DNA of 64,000 bases from Planctomycetota bacterium (GCA_046290465.1 JBKAGP010000001.1:2528001-2592000), one strand, 5' to 3'; counted from the stretch's first letter, positions 53,411 through 64,000 are shown. The notes: generated by a model from the sequence alone, not told the origin. Program-made: numbers and translations.

Positions 53411-56400
53411 TTGACGCAACCTCCCGTGACATCTACGGCTTCCGCTTCCGAGCACGCGTCGTCGGCCGGCAGCGGCGACGGCGAGCCCTTCCTCGCCAAG
53501 AACAAGATCCGTCTGGTCACGGCAACGAGCCTGTTCGACGGGCACGACGCCTCGATCCACATCTTCCGGCGGATCGCACAGGCATCCGGCGCCGAGGTCA
53601 TCCACCTCGGCCACAACCGGTCGGTGCGCGAGATCGTCGACGCCGCCATCGAGGAGGACGCCCAGGGCATCGCGGTGACCTCCTACCAGGGCGGCCACAA
53701 CGAGTTCTTCCGCTACATGCACGACATGCTGGCGGAGCGCGGCGCGCCGCACGTGCGGCTGTTCGGCGGCGGCGGCGGCGTGATCCTGCCCGAGGAGATC
53801 GAGGCCCTGCAGCAGCACGGCATCGAACGGATCTACTCGCCCGACGACGGCCGCGCGCTCGGCCTGCAGGGCATGATCGACGACATGCTGCGCCGCAGCG
53901 ACTTCCCCACCTGTGAGGAAGGCGACGAGCTGCCGAAGGTCTCGGCCGACGACCTCGGCAAGGTCTCGCGCGCGATCACGCTGATCGAGTCGTTCCCGGA
54001 GAAGCACCGCGAGGACCTGCGCAAGCGTGCCGCCGCGCTCGAGACGACCCCGCCCGTGCTCGGCATCACCGGCACCGGCGGCGCCGGCAAGAGTTCGCTG
54101 ATCGACGAGCTGCTGCGTCGCTTCCTGCTCGACTTCCCGCAGCACCGCATCGCCGTGCTGTGCGTCGACCCGACCCGTCGCAAGACCGGCGGCGCCCTGC
54201 TCGGCGACCGCATCCGGATGAACTCGGCGGTCGACGAGCGCGTGTTCGTGCGTTCGATGGCGACCCGCCGCGCCAACATGGCGCTGTCCGAGTCGGTGCA
54301 CGACGCGCTCGACGTGCTCAAGCTCGCCGGCTTCGACCTGATCCTGCTCGAGTCGAGCGGCATCGGCCAGTCCGACACCGAGATCGTCGAGCACGCCGAC
54401 GCGTCGCTCTACGTGATGACGCCGGAGTTCGGCGCGCAGAGCCAGCTCGAGAAGATCGACATGCTGGACTACGCCGACCTGGTCGCGATCAATAAGTTCG
54501 ATCGCCGCGGCGCGCGCGACGCGCTGCGCGACGTCAAGAAGCAGGTCCAGCGCAACAAGAAGGCGTTCGACGTCGACTTCGGCACGATGCCGGTCTACGG
54601 CACGATGGCCGCGACGTTCGCCGACGCCGGCACCAACACCCTCTACCGCGCGATCGCGAACAAGCTCGACGAGCTGCGCCCCGGCGACTTCTCGAGCAGC
54701 GTCGAACTGCGCGAGGGCGAGCCGGACGGCACCCACGTGATCCCCGGCGAACGCGTGCGCTACCTCGCCGAGATCGTCGAGAACAACCGCCGCTACAACA
54801 GCTGGGTGCACGAGCAGGCGGCGATCGCCGAGCGCTGCTACGTGCTCGAGAAGGCGGCCGCCGAGCTGCCCGAAGGCGCCGAGGCCGCGAAGCAGGCGCT
54901 GGTCGAGCAACTCGCCGAGGTGCAGAGGCAGCTGGCGCCCGAGTGCCAGGAACTGCTCGCCGGCTGGGACGATCGCTGCGCCCGGCTCGCCGCCGAACAC
55001 TCGGTGTTCCAGGTGCGCAAGCGCGAGATCAAGGTCCAGAACCACACGACTTCGCTGTCGGGCCTGCAGATCCCGAAGGTCGCGATGCCGCGCTACCAGA
55101 GCTACGGCGACCGCCTGCGCTGGCTGCTCGCCGAGAACGTGCCGGGCAGCTTCCCGTTCACGGCCGGCGTCTACCCGTTCAAGCGCGACGGCGAGGACCC
55201 GACCCGCATGTTCGCGGGCGAAGGCGGCCCGGAGCGCACCAACAAGCGCTTCCACTACCTCTCGCACGGCCAGCCCTACAAGCGGCTGTCGACCGCGTTC
55301 GACAGCGTCACGCTCTACGGCGAGGACCCGGCCGAGCGCCCCGACATCCTCGGCAAGGTCGGCAACGCCGGCGTGTCGATCTGCACGCTCGACGACGCCA
55401 AGCGCCTCTACTCGGGCTTCGACCTGTGCGCGCCGGTCACGTCGGTGTCGATGACGATCAACGGTCCGGCGCCGATGCTGCTCGCGTTCTTCCTCAACGC
55501 GGCGGTCGACCAGCAGTGCGAGCGCTGGCTGCAAGAGAACGGCAAGGTCGACGAGGCCAACGAGAAGATCGACGCGATCTACGCAGCCAAGAACCTGCCC
55601 CGCCCGCGCTACCGCGGCGAGCTGCCGCAGGGCCACGACGGTCTCGGCACGCTGCTGCTCGGCGTGACCGGCGACCAGGTCGTGCCCGCCGACGTCTACG
55701 ACGACATCCGCGCGAAGACGCTCGCGACCGTTCGCGGCACGGTGCAGGCCGACATCCTCAAGGAGGACCAGGCGCAGAACACCTGCATCTTCTCGACCGA
55801 GTTCGCCCTGCGCATGATGGGCGACGTGCAGTCGTTCTTCACCGAGAACGGCGTGCGCAACTTCTACTCGGTGTCGATCAGCGGCTACCACATCGCCGAG
55901 GCCGGCGCCAACCCGATCACGCAGCTGGCGTTCACGCTCAGCAACGGCTTCACCTACGTCGAGTACTACCTGTCGCGCGGCCTGAAGATCGACGACTTCG
56001 CGCCGAACCTCAGCTTCTTCTTCAGCAACGGCGTCGACCCCGAGTACGCGGTCATCGGCCGCGTCGCCCGCCGCATCTGGTCCAAGGCGATCAAGCACAA
56101 GTACGGCGGCAACGAGCGCAGCCAGATGCTGAAGTACCACATCCAGACGTCGGGTCGTTCGCTGCACGCGCAGGAGATCGACTTCAACGACATCCGAACC
56201 ACGCTGCAGGCGCTCTACGCGATCTACGACAACTGCAACTCGCTGCACACCAACGCCTACGACGAGGCGATCACGACGCCGACCGAGGAGTCGGTGCGCC
56301 GCGCGGTGGCGATCCAGCTGATCATCAACCGCGAGCTCGGCCTGGCGAAGAACGAGAACCCGCTGCAGGGCTCGTTCATCATCGAAGAGCTGACCGACCT

Positions 56401-56833
56401 GGTCGAAGAGGCCGTCTACGCCGAGTTCGTGCGCATCAGCGAACGCGGCGGCGTGCTCGGCGCGATGGAGACGATGTACCAGCGCTCCAAGATCCAGGAC
56501 GAGTCGATGCTCTACGAGGGCAAGAAGGCGTCCGGCGAGATGCCGATCATCGGCGTCAACACGTTCCTCGGGAAGGACGGCTCGCCGATCCAGGTCGTGC
56601 GCGAGGTGATGCGTTCGACGGACGACGAGAAGCAGGCGCAGATCGACGACCTGAAGACCTACCAGACCGCCGCCGATACCGATGCGACCGCGGCCCTGAC
56701 GTCGCTACAGCAGACCGCCCTCTCCGGCGGCAACGTCTTCGGCAGCCTGATGGACGCGGCCAAGACCTGCAGCCTCGGCCAGATGTCGCGCGCGCTCTAC
56801 GCGGTCGGCGGCCAGTACCGACGCAACATGTAG
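53411..56833 (+). CDS. icmF: Fused isobutyryl-CoA mutase/G-protein chaperone IcmF
   Basis: B12-binding FDGHDA, GTPase GTGGAGKSS and NKFD, mutase RMFAGEG (Phe at the specificity position), [15 protein letters not shown] and [11 protein letters not shown]. Start is TTG 53411 or GTG 53426. Confidence 0.95.
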   Translation: MTQPPVTSTASASEHASSAGSGDGEPFLAKNKIRLVTATSLFDGHDASIHIFRRIAQASGAEVIHLGHNRSVREIVDAAIEEDAQGIAVTSYQGGHNEFFRYMHDMLAERGAPHVRLFGGGGGVILPEEIEALQQHGIERIYSPDDGRALGLQGMIDDMLRRSDFPTCEEGDELPKVSADDLGKVSRAITLIESFPEKHREDLRKRAAALETTPPVLGITGTGGAGKSSLIDELLRRFLLDFPQHRIAVLCVDPTRRKTGGALLGDRIRMNSAVDERVFVRSMATRRANMALSESVHDALDVLKLAGFDLILLESSGIGQSDTEIVEHADASLYVMTPEFGAQSQLEKIDMLDYADLVAINKFDRRGARDALRDVKKQVQRNKKAFDVDFGTMPVYGTMAATFADAGTNTLYRAIANKLDELRPGDFSSSVELREGEPDGTHVIPGERVRYLAEIVENNRRYNSWVHEQAAIAERCYVLEKAAAELPEGAEAAKQALVEQLAEVQRQLAPECQELLAGWDDRCARLAAEHSVFQVRKREIKVQNHTTSLSGLQIPKVAMPRYQSYGDRLRWLLAENVPGSFPFTAGVYPFKRDGEDPTRMFAGEGGPERTNKRFHYLSHGQPYKRLSTAFDSVTLYGEDPAERPDILGKVGNAGVSICTLDDAKRLYSGFDLCAPVTSVSMTINGPAPMLLAFFLNAAVDQQCERWLQENGKVDEANEKIDAIYAAKNLPRPRYRGELPQGHDGLGTLLLGVTGDQVVPADVYDDIRAKTLATVRGTVQADILKEDQAQNTCIFSTEFALRMMGDVQSFFTENGVRNFYSVSISGYHIAEAGANPITQLAFTLSNGFTYVEYYLSRGLKIDDFAPNLSFFFSNGVDPEYAVIGRVARRIWSKAIKHKYGGNERSQMLKYHIQTSGRSLHAQEIDFNDIRTTLQALYAIYDNCNSLHTNAYDEAITTPTEESVRRAVAIQLIINRELGLAKNENPLQGSFIIEELTDLVEEAVYAEFVRISERGGVLGAMETMYQRSKIQDESMLYEGKKASGEMPIIGVNTFLGKDGSPIQVVREVMRSTDDEKQAQIDDLKTYQTAADTDATAALTSLQQTALSGGNVFGSLMDAAKTCSLGQMSRALYAVGGQYRRNM

Positions 56834-56872
56834 CCCCGGTGCCGCTGGGCGCCCCGCTATCTCAGGCTGCCT

Positions 56873-56904
56873 GATCCGAAGGCTGGCCGATCCGAAGGCT
56901 GGCC
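56873..56904. repeat. Perfect 16-bp tandem duplication
   Basis: GATCCGAAGGCTGGCC x2 between the convergent icmF and ECF sigma genes. Confidence 0.85.
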
Positions 56905-56920
56905 GGTTCTCAGCCGGGCT

Positions 56921-57613
56921 CTACTGCCAGCCCTGGATCTTGCTGGCCAGCGCGTCGATCTTCGCGCCGAGGCACTCGCGCACCTTGTCGCGCGCGCGCA
57001 TGAAGTGGCTGCGCAGCGTCGCCTCGTTGGTGCCGCCGGTGCGCTCGGAGATCTCGGCGAACGACAGTTCGTGCTGTCGCCGCATCACGTAGACCTCGCG
57101 CATCTGGTCGTTGAGCCGGCTGACGCAGTCCTCCTCGGCCTTCTCGAGCTCGCGGAAGCGCACGATCTGGGTAGGCGTCTCCTCCTTGGTCGGGGTCGAC
57201 TCCGGGATCGAGAACGGTCGCGAATCGGTGCCCGACGCGCCGACATCGCCCTTGCCGAGCAGGCCGAGCTTCTGGTCGCGGTTGTGCTTGCGCCACAGGT
57301 CGCGCCACATGTTGCCGGCCAGCGTCTGCACCCACTTCCAGAACGAGTCCTTGCCGCGATACTCGAACGAGTCGATCGACGTCAGGATCTTCAGCATCAC
57401 GTCACTGACGAAGTCCGTGAACTCGATGCCCTGCGGAAACGAGCTGCGGCCGAAGCGCGTCTTCAGGTAGTGCAGGCACTTCTGCGACAGCATGCCCCAG
57501 GCCTGCGTCTTCTCGCCGCTGACGACCTCGCGCAGCAGGAACTCGGTGCCACCGGCGCCAGCCTGCGGGGCCGGCTCTTCGGGCTTGTTCGGGTCGGAAT
57601 CGGATGACGTCAT
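56921..57613 (-). CDS. ECF-type sigma-70 factor (planctomycete-like)
   Basis: Region 2 DFVSDVMLK...FEYRG..SFWKWV...N..RD; region 4 L....REV..MR....LSFAEI...TLRSH..RAR. Confidence 0.8.
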   Translation of the reverse strand: MTSSDSDPNKPEEPAPQAGAGGTEFLLREVVSGEKTQAWGMLSQKCLHYLKTRFGRSSFPQGIEFTDFVSDVMLKILTSIDSFEYRGKDSFWKWVQTLAGNMWRDLWRKHNRDQKLGLLGKGDVGASGTDSRPFSIPESTPTKEETPTQIVRFRELEKAEEDCVSRLNDQMREVYVMRRQHELSFAEISERTGGTNEATLRSHFMRARDKVRECLGAKIDALASKIQGWQ

Positions 57614-57727
57614 GATGCTCCGGGAGACACGGAAGCATACATCATGCCAGCCGCTGCCGCGTATGCCTCGTCGCAACGAGGCCACCGCCGGTCGGATCGC
57701 GCGGCCAACGGCCGGTGCGAACGGCGA

Positions 57728-60700
57728 CTACGAGCGCTCGGCCCGGCGCTGCCGGGCGGTCTCGAGCAGCCGCTGCACGGCCTCGTCGTGGTCGCTGCCG
57801 GCCGTCGCGTTGGCGAACGTCTCTTCGTAGAGCTTCCACAGCGCCGAGCCGGCGGCGGTCTTGACCAACAGGCCGAGCCGCGCTTCGCGGCCGGCCTCGG
57901 CGACCAGGCGCTCGGGATCGAGCTGCTCGCGGATCGCGCCACGCACCCGCTGGTTGCCCGCGACCAGGTCCTCGAGGATCGCCAGCACGTCGTCGAAGAA
58001 GCGCGTCAGGAAGTAGTCCGATGCGGCCGCGCCGTCGGCCTCGCCGGTCGGCCGCAGCAGTTCGGAGCGGACCTCGCCCGCCGTGCGCAGCGGGGCACGC
58101 GAGCCGCCGGCCTGCGTCGCGCGCAGCGCCAGCTGGGTCCCGAACAGCCGCCGCCATTCGAGCAGCTCCTCGATCCAACGTGAGGTGACGTCGACGAAGC
58201 GCTGCACCCGACCGCAGAACTCCTGCACCTCGGCGCCGCTCTCGAGCTCCGGAGCTTCGGTCAACGCCCGCGCCAGCTGCCGAACCGAACGCAGGGCCAC
58301 CGCGGCCAAGGGGTCTGCAGGTGGTGGCTCGCTGGGCGGCGGCGGGGCCGCGACGGCGCTGGCAGCGCCCGCCGGCGCGACCATCTCGAGGATCGCTTCG
58401 AGGCTCTGCAGCAGCCCGTTGCGTCCGAGCGACTGGCGCGCGCCGTCGAGGCTCGCGCTGAGCGCGGCGTGCACTTCCTGCTCGCCGCGATCGGCGAACT
58501 CGGCGTAGGCCGAACGCAGCTCCTCGTAGACCTCCTGCACGCTGAGCATCGGCACCGCGACCGACTGCGTCGCCTCGGCATCGGCGCGGTGGAACGACAG
58601 CATGAACGGTCGGATGTGGATCACGCTGCCGTCGTCGAGCGGGTGCGGCACCTCGACCGGCAGGCGGATGCCGTCGACCTCGGTGCCGTTGGTGCTGCCG
58701 CGATCGAACAGCACGTACTCGCCGTCGACGCACTCGATCACCGCGTGCTTCGACGACACCATCGCATCGCCGAGCTGCAGCAGGTTCTCGCCCTCGCGCC
58801 GGCCGATCGTGACCCGTTCCTGGGAGAAGTGGTACTGCTGGATCGACGACTCGCCGACGCGGCCGACCGCGAGCACGAAGCCCGGTGGCGATTCGCCGTC
58901 GGCAGCCTCGACGGCGTCGGCCAGCGGCGAGCTCGCCCCCGGCCCCGGCGCCGGCATCGTGTGCAGCGGGGCGTCCGTCTCGCCGAGTTCGCCGCGCAGT
59001 GCGACGACGCGCTGGTTGCAGACCCGCGCGATCATCGCATCGCGCGCCGCGCCGTCGAACAGCTCGACGTGCAGCTGCCGCTCGAGGCTCTCGACCTCGG
59101 CCAGCACCGCCTGCATCGGCCGCGCGGCGCCACCGACGCCGTCGCCGCGCGCGATCGGCGACGCCAGCAGCAGCTTGCCGGCGAGCGCCATCAGCGCCTG
59201 CCAGATCGGCTGCGGCACGACCGCGGTGCCCTTCAGCTGCGCGTCGAACACCTCCTGGCGATCGGCACGGCGATGCATGACGTTCCAGCTGGCGAAGCGG
59301 CCTTCGGCCTCCTCGCCGTCGAGGATCTCCTGCCACATGTCGCCGAGCGGCATGCCGTCGTCGGTCGCCGCCGAGTTGGTCATCATGTTGACGCAGCGCT
59401 CGACCGCGTCGGAGACCTCGATCAGCGACTGTTCGTCGTGCACCAGCAGGATGCGCAACAGCAGCACACCGAGTCCGTAGAGGTCGGCGCTCGGGCTCGA
59501 GCGGCGCACGAACGACAGCCGCGCATCGAACGTCGCCTCGCCCCACGCCGACGTGCCGAGGTCGAGCACCGAAGCCTGCAGGCCCTTGGCCCCGACCTCG
59601 TCGACGCGCGCGGTCGCCGACGCCCCGCCGTCGATTTGCTGCACCAGCAGCAGGTCTCCCGGCAGCACGAACGACGGCACCCCGGCGCGGTGCACGTCGA
59701 CGACCAGCTGTTCGCCGCCGTCGGTGTCGGGCACCGTGCGGCACGCGACCGACATCGTCACCGAGCCGCCCTCGAGCGAACGCAGCGTCGGCGACAGGAA
59801 CCGCCGCGACACCTCGTCCTCGCTGACCTCGCGACCGGGCTGCCACAGCACCTCCTCCTTGTCGGGGGACGGCAACTGCACCGGACGCGCCCCGCCGAGG
59901 TCGGTCAACGCGAACCGCATGCGCCAGCTCGGCGGCAGCGCGCTCGATCCCGCCGTGTCGAACGCGACGATGTTGGCCGGCGAAATGCCGAGGTGGGGCC
60001 GGCCGCTGTCGTGCACGTCGCGCACGCCGCGGCAGATGTCGGCGAACGCCGCGAGCTTCAACCGCAGCGCCTCGAGCGTGCGCCCACGCGCGTCGCCGCC
60101 GGCCATCCATGCCCGCGTGCCGTGCGCCGCCGGCAAGCCGCCGCCGAGCCGCATCACCGCGGTGTCGAAGTCGGTCGCCGCCAGCTGGATCGCGGTCGAA
60201 TCGACGTCGTAGAACGACACCGCGTGCAGTTCTCGTTCGGCCGGCACCGCGCCGTCGCCGCCGGGGTAGCACGCGCCGCGGTGCTCACACGTCTGGCACG
60301 GCAGCTCCGGCGACGGTTCGTCACCGTGCGCGATCCGGGACCAGCCGCGGATCAGCTCGGCGAGGCCCGCGATGCGCGCGGCGCCGGTGTCGTGCTGCGC
60401 TTCGCCCGCCCGGTAGAACGTCAGCGGGCCGTCGGCGCGTCCGTGGTGCAGGTAGCGCACGTGGTCGGCGGCGTAGGCCGGCAGGCCGGCCCGCTGCAGC
60501 AGCGCATCGTCCCGGCAGACCTTGAGCGGCGCGCGCGTGTCGGGGCAGACCGGATGGAAGTAGCTGTCGGTGCGCCGGCAGTAGAACACCGGCGGCGACT
60601 GCGTCAGCGCCGACGGCACCGCGACCGGCGCGACCACGTGCGGCGAGTGCACCCGCAGCAGTTCGGCCCGTTCGAGTCGCCAGACCTGGTCGAGCTCGGC

Positions 60701-60970
60701 GTTGCTCGGCGGCGTGCGGCCGCCCGACGCCTCGGCCGAGACCGCGTCGACGCGCAGCTTCCACGCGAAGCGCGCCTGCGCGACCCCGTCGTCCCCGACC
60801 AGTTCGGCCAGCAGGATGCGGGCGTAGCGGCCTTCGTGAACGGTCACGAACGGCTGCGCCGCGCCGTCGGCGGCGCGCACCAGTCGTGCGCGCAGTCCGC
60901 CCGAGCCGGCCGGCGACACCAGCGTCGACCGGATCCAGGCTTGGGTTGCGCTCGGCCGGCCCTGCATCAC
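57728..60970 (-). CDS. Multidomain protein: Cys-rich N-terminus, degenerate kinase-like domain, FHA domain, TagH/Fha-like C-terminal domain
   Basis: HLGISPANI...TDLGG...ADLYGLGVLL; FHA VTIGR...VSSKHA...DRGSTNGT; C-terminal FFDD...LDPERL...ALWKLYEETF. Confidence 0.75.
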   Translation of the reverse strand: MMQGRPSATQAWIRSTLVSPAGSGGLRARLVRAADGAAQPFVTVHEGRYARILLAELVGDDGVAQARFAWKLRVDAVSAEASGGRTPPSNAELDQVWRLERAELLRVHSPHVVAPVAVPSALTQSPPVFYCRRTDSYFHPVCPDTRAPLKVCRDDALLQRAGLPAYAADHVRYLHHGRADGPLTFYRAGEAQHDTGAARIAGLAELIRGWSRIAHGDEPSPELPCQTCEHRGACYPGGDGAVPAERELHAVSFYDVDSTAIQLAATDFDTAVMRLGGGLPAAHGTRAWMAGGDARGRTLEALRLKLAAFADICRGVRDVHDSGRPHLGISPANIVAFDTAGSSALPPSWRMRFALTDLGGARPVQLPSPDKEEVLWQPGREVSEDEVSRRFLSPTLRSLEGGSVTMSVACRTVPDTDGGEQLVVDVHRAGVPSFVLPGDLLLVQQIDGGASATARVDEVGAKGLQASVLDLGTSAWGEATFDARLSFVRRSSPSADLYGLGVLLLRILLVHDEQSLIEVSDAVERCVNMMTNSAATDDGMPLGDMWQEILDGEEAEGRFASWNVMHRRADRQEVFDAQLKGTAVVPQPIWQALMALAGKLLLASPIARGDGVGGAARPMQAVLAEVESLERQLHVELFDGAARDAMIARVCNQRVVALRGELGETDAPLHTMPAPGPGASSPLADAVEAADGESPPGFVLAVGRVGESSIQQYHFSQERVTIGRREGENLLQLGDAMVSSKHAVIECVDGEYVLFDRGSTNGTEVDGIRLPVEVPHPLDDGSVIHIRPFMLSFHRADAEATQSVAVPMLSVQEVYEELRSAYAEFADRGEQEVHAALSASLDGARQSLGRNGLLQSLEAILEMVAPAGAASAVAAPPPPSEPPPADPLAAVALRSVRQLARALTEAPELESGAEVQEFCGRVQRFVDVTSRWIEELLEWRRLFGTQLALRATQAGGSRAPLRTAGEVRSELLRPTGEADGAAASDYFLTRFFDDVLAILEDLVAGNQRVRGAIREQLDPERLVAEAGREARLGLLVKTAAGSALWKLYEETFANATAGSDHDEAVQRLLETARQRRAERS

Positions 60971-61000
60971 GGGTGATGAGAGATCGCGCCCGACGCGATG

Positions 61001-62860
61001 TCAACGGCTGGTCGCGGCGTGCAGCGCCCCGACGCCACCGACGATCGGCAGCGTCAGCTCGGTCGCCGAGATGTCGACCGTGACCTTGGTCCCGGGCGCC
61101 GGGTGCAGCGTGTGCTCCTGGTCGCTCGAGAAGATCATCAGCCCGATGCGCTGGCCCGCGCGGATGACCTGGTCGTCCGGCTGAAGGTCGAACGCGAGGT
61201 CGTACCAGGCGCCGGGCTTGAGCGGCGCGCTCTCAGTCAGCGACGCGTGGTTCTGCGGGTCGGCCCAGCCGCGCGTGATCACGTTGTCGGTGATGCGCCG
61301 GGTGCGCTCCCAGGGCAGCGACACCAGCATGACCGACAGGTTGCACGCCGGCTTCGACGACGCCACCCGGATCTTCAGGCGCGCGGTGCCCGAGATGTGC
61401 ACCTCGTTCTTGAGCTCGGGGGTCGCGAACAGCAGCCGGTGCTCGGAGGCCTCGGCGAGCGCGAGGTCCTTGGCCGTCTTCGACACGTCGTCGACCAGCG
61501 TCTGCTGGTGGTTGCCGGGCGCGTCGATCAGCTGCGCGAGGTCCCCGATCTTGCTGCCGTCGCCGACCGGCTTGAGCTTGACCGGCTGCGCCGCCGGGTT
61601 GGGGTAGTCCGCGTAGCTGGTCGGGTTGCTCTGACGATCGCCCTCGCGAACGATCCAGGCGCGCGGGCCGGCCAGCACGTCGTTGTCGACGCCGTAGAGG
61701 AACCGGGAGAACCACTTGTTGACCAGTTCGCCGGGCGGCTGGCCGCCGTGGCCGTTCTGGTGGAAGTAGGCCATGCACGGCAGGCCCTTCTTCTTGAGCG
61801 CCGCGTAGATGCGCACGCTGTGCTCGGGCATGACGTTCCAGTCGTTGAACGCGTGCGCCATCAGGCACGCGGCCTTCATCGGACCGAGGTCATTGAGGTA
61901 GTCGCGGCCGGCCCAGAAGTCGTTGTAGTCGCCGGACAGCCGGTCGGCCTTGGCCGCGAGCAGTTCGTCGCGGACCTTCTCGTTGCAGTAGTCGCGCTTG
62001 TCCGGGTGGCCGCTGTGGATGAAGTCGAACAGCACGTCGACGTCCTCACCGAGGTAGCCGCCGGGCGAACGGACCAGACCGTTGCTGCGGTAGTAGTGGT
62101 AGTACGACGTGTTGGGCGCGATCGGCACGATCGCCTCGAGACCCTCGACGCCGGTGGTCGCCGCGGCCAGCGGCAGCGTGCCGTTGTACGAGGTGCCGAT
62201 CATGCCGACCTTGCCGGTGCACCAGTAGGCCTTGACCTCCTCGTTGCCGTCGACGGTCGTGTAGCCCTTGGCGCGGCCGCACAGCCAGTCGATCACCGCC
62301 TTCGGCGCGAACGACTCGTTGTCGCCGCCGATCGTCGGGCAGCCCTGCGACCAGCCGGTGCCGGGCGAGCACGAGTGCACCACCGCAAAGCCGCGCGGCA
62401 CCCACGTCAGCGCTTCGCGGTCGCGCTGCAGCGGCACGATCATGCCCGGCTTGCTGCGGAACTTGATCTCCGGCATCTCGGCGCGCTCGGGCGGCACCGC
62501 GCCGATCTCGTGTTCGACGTTCCAGAAGAACTGCTGCCCGCTCGAACCGATGCCGGAGAAGTACGGGCTGGTCTCGTAGACCACCGGCACCTTCAGGCCT
62601 TCGGAGTCGGTCTGCTTCGGCCGCGTCACGTCGACGTGCATGCGGTCCTTCTTGCCGTCGCCGTCGGTGTCGAAGTCGGTCTCGACCCACAGCCAGTGGC
62701 GCACCCATTCGCGCCGGTTGCGGAACGCGTCGACGACCTGGGCCTGGCCGTCCTCGAACACCGGCCCGGCCTTCTCGGTGGGCTCCTGCGCGCAGAGCGG
62801 CGGGGCCACGAAGGCCGCCGCCAGGGCGAAGACGAACGAACGTGCTGCGGTTCTTTGCAT
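61001..62860 (-). CDS. pepX: Secreted Xaa-Pro dipeptidyl-peptidase (S15, CocE/NonD family)
   Basis: Signal peptide; DTDGDGKKD, ETSPY, AVIDWL.GR, nucleophile GTSYNG, NDWNV and HQNGH. Confidence 0.85.
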   Translation of the reverse strand: MQRTAARSFVFALAAAFVAPPLCAQEPTEKAGPVFEDGQAQVVDAFRNRREWVRHWLWVETDFDTDGDGKKDRMHVDVTRPKQTDSEGLKVPVVYETSPYFSGIGSSGQQFFWNVEHEIGAVPPERAEMPEIKFRSKPGMIVPLQRDREALTWVPRGFAVVHSCSPGTGWSQGCPTIGGDNESFAPKAVIDWLCGRAKGYTTVDGNEEVKAYWCTGKVGMIGTSYNGTLPLAAATTGVEGLEAIVPIAPNTSYYHYYRSNGLVRSPGGYLGEDVDVLFDFIHSGHPDKRDYCNEKVRDELLAAKADRLSGDYNDFWAGRDYLNDLGPMKAACLMAHAFNDWNVMPEHSVRIYAALKKKGLPCMAYFHQNGHGGQPPGELVNKWFSRFLYGVDNDVLAGPRAWIVREGDRQSNPTSYADYPNPAAQPVKLKPVGDGSKIGDLAQLIDAPGNHQQTLVDDVSKTAKDLALAEASEHRLLFATPELKNEVHISGTARLKIRVASSKPACNLSVMLVSLPWERTRRITDNVITRGWADPQNHASLTESAPLKPGAWYDLAFDLQPDDQVIRAGQRIGLMIFSSDQEHTLHPAPGTKVTVDISATELTLPIVGGVGALHAATSR

Positions 62861-63050
62861 AGGTTTGGAATCGGGGTCAGCTCCAAGACCATAGCGACGA
62901 CGCAGGCGTGGGGCCCCGGTCAGCAGCGGGATCCTGCGGGCGCCGCGGAATTGCGCCACCCAGCATGCTCGTCGCAAGCGTGTACTCGCACCCCACTGCC
63001 GCGCCGCGTGGCTATCGTCGACAGACCTGCCATCCCCCACTCGCAACCCT

Positions 63051-64000
63051 ATGCGCGCACCACTCGTCCTCGTGACCTCTCTCCTGCTGACCTGCGGCCT
63101 GCAGGCGCAGCTCTCCGGCACCTACCTGATCAACCCGCTGATCCCGACCGGCGGCAACACGTTCTCGTCGTTCGCCGACGCGACCGCCGAGCTGCTCGCC
63201 CAGGGAGTCGCCGGGCCGTGCGAGTTCCTCGTCTTCGACGACGGCGGGCCCTACACCGAGTCGAGCCCGATGGGTACCGGCGTCACCTACGGCACCAACG
63301 ACGCGGTGCTGGTGATGGCCAGCTGGACCGGATCGTCGGCGGCCAACCGCGTGACGTTCCGTCCGGCCCCCGGCGAACGTCCGGTCATCGACGCGACCGG
63401 CCGCGCGATGGGCGTGTTCTGGGGCGGCGCGGACTACGTCACGCTGCAGGGCTTCGAGGTCCGCAACGCGACCTACGACGGCATCTCGCTGTTCGCCGAG
63501 ACCGCCAACGGCGTCGCCAACGACCCGATCATCGACTCGTGTCGCGTGCACGACTGCGGCAGCGCCGGCATCACGATCTACGGCAACTCGCCGAACCCGA
63601 CCAACACCCTGGTGCAGAACTGCACGCTGTGGAGCTGCCAGACCAACAACTCCGGCGCGTTCACGACCACGTCGCGGTTCGGCTACATCACGACGCGTCG
63701 CACGATCAACACGCGCATCGTGCACAACACGTTCTTCGTCGACACCGCGTCGGGCCAGGACTTCTGCGTGATCGGCTCGCGCACGTCGAGCGCCGGCGAG
63801 ATGCCGTACGCCGAGATCAGCAACAACGTGATCTTCAAGACGGCCGGTGCCGGCCGCCCGATCTTCCGCTTCCACACGCCGGCGACGAGTTCGTTCCCGA
63901 TCCCGCCGATCTGCAACGGCAACTGCTTCTTCGACGCGACCACCAGCCCGTTCGCCGAATACGGCGACGCCGCGGCCACCGTCGCGGCGACGTTCGCCGG
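63051..64000 (+). CDS. Secreted right-handed beta-helix protein, 3'-truncated (not in the ORF track)
   Basis: MRAPLVLVTSLLLTCGLQAQLSGTY...; YVTLQGFEVRN, GISL, IIDSCRVHDC, GITIYG, LVQNCTLW and IVHNTF beta-helix rungs; runs off the window end. Confidence 0.8.
   Translation, partial: MRAPLVLVTSLLLTCGLQAQLSGTYLINPLIPTGGNTFSSFADATAELLAQGVAGPCEFLVFDDGGPYTESSPMGTGVTYGTNDAVLVMASWTGSSAANRVTFRPAPGERPVIDATGRAMGVFWGGADYVTLQGFEVRNATYDGISLFAETANGVANDPIIDSCRVHDCGSAGITIYGNSPNPTNTLVQNCTLWSCQTNNSGAFTTTSRFGYITTRRTINTRIVHNTFFVDTASGQDFCVIGSRTSSAGEMPYAEISNNVIFKTAGAGRPIFRFHTPATSSFPIPPICNGNCFFDATTSPFAEYGDAAATVAATFA

Noticed and set aside
53411..56833. icmF as the T6SS membrane protein IcmF/TssM, given the neighbouring TagH-like gene
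   Set aside because: Name collision only. The sequence is clearly the B12-dependent acyl-CoA mutase/GTPase fusion.

Overview
Very GC-rich, gene-dense bacterial chromosomal window. It is probably from a Planctomycetota-like lineage (inference from the short RpoZ, the ECF sigma/Ser-Thr kinase module and the ELWxxDGT protein). About 43 CDS were called; no rRNA, tRNA, CRISPR array or transposase was seen. Housekeeping genes (hppA, rsfS, rpoZ, maf, typA, rnc, mfd, icmF) are interleaved with accessory loci. The standout is a ~14-kb co-oriented, mostly tightly coupled run of nine signal-peptide-bearing amidohydrolase paralogues (ten domains, 38888-52788). Only two keep the full metal-binding/catalytic set, which suggests an undescribed exported hetero-oligomeric enzyme/pseudo-enzyme complex. 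Also notable: a Cys-rich pseudokinase-FHA-TagH-like fusion upstream of an ECF sigma; a pair of prepilin-type proteins, one ~1165 aa; a 63-bp structured repeat present twice, 30 kb apart and inverted; a di-heme peroxidase with a degenerate distal pocket; a small LLxSSK-repeat protein coupled to a His-box desaturase/hydroxylase; and many apparently leaderless genes. Family calls come from motif recognition only; no database search was run.
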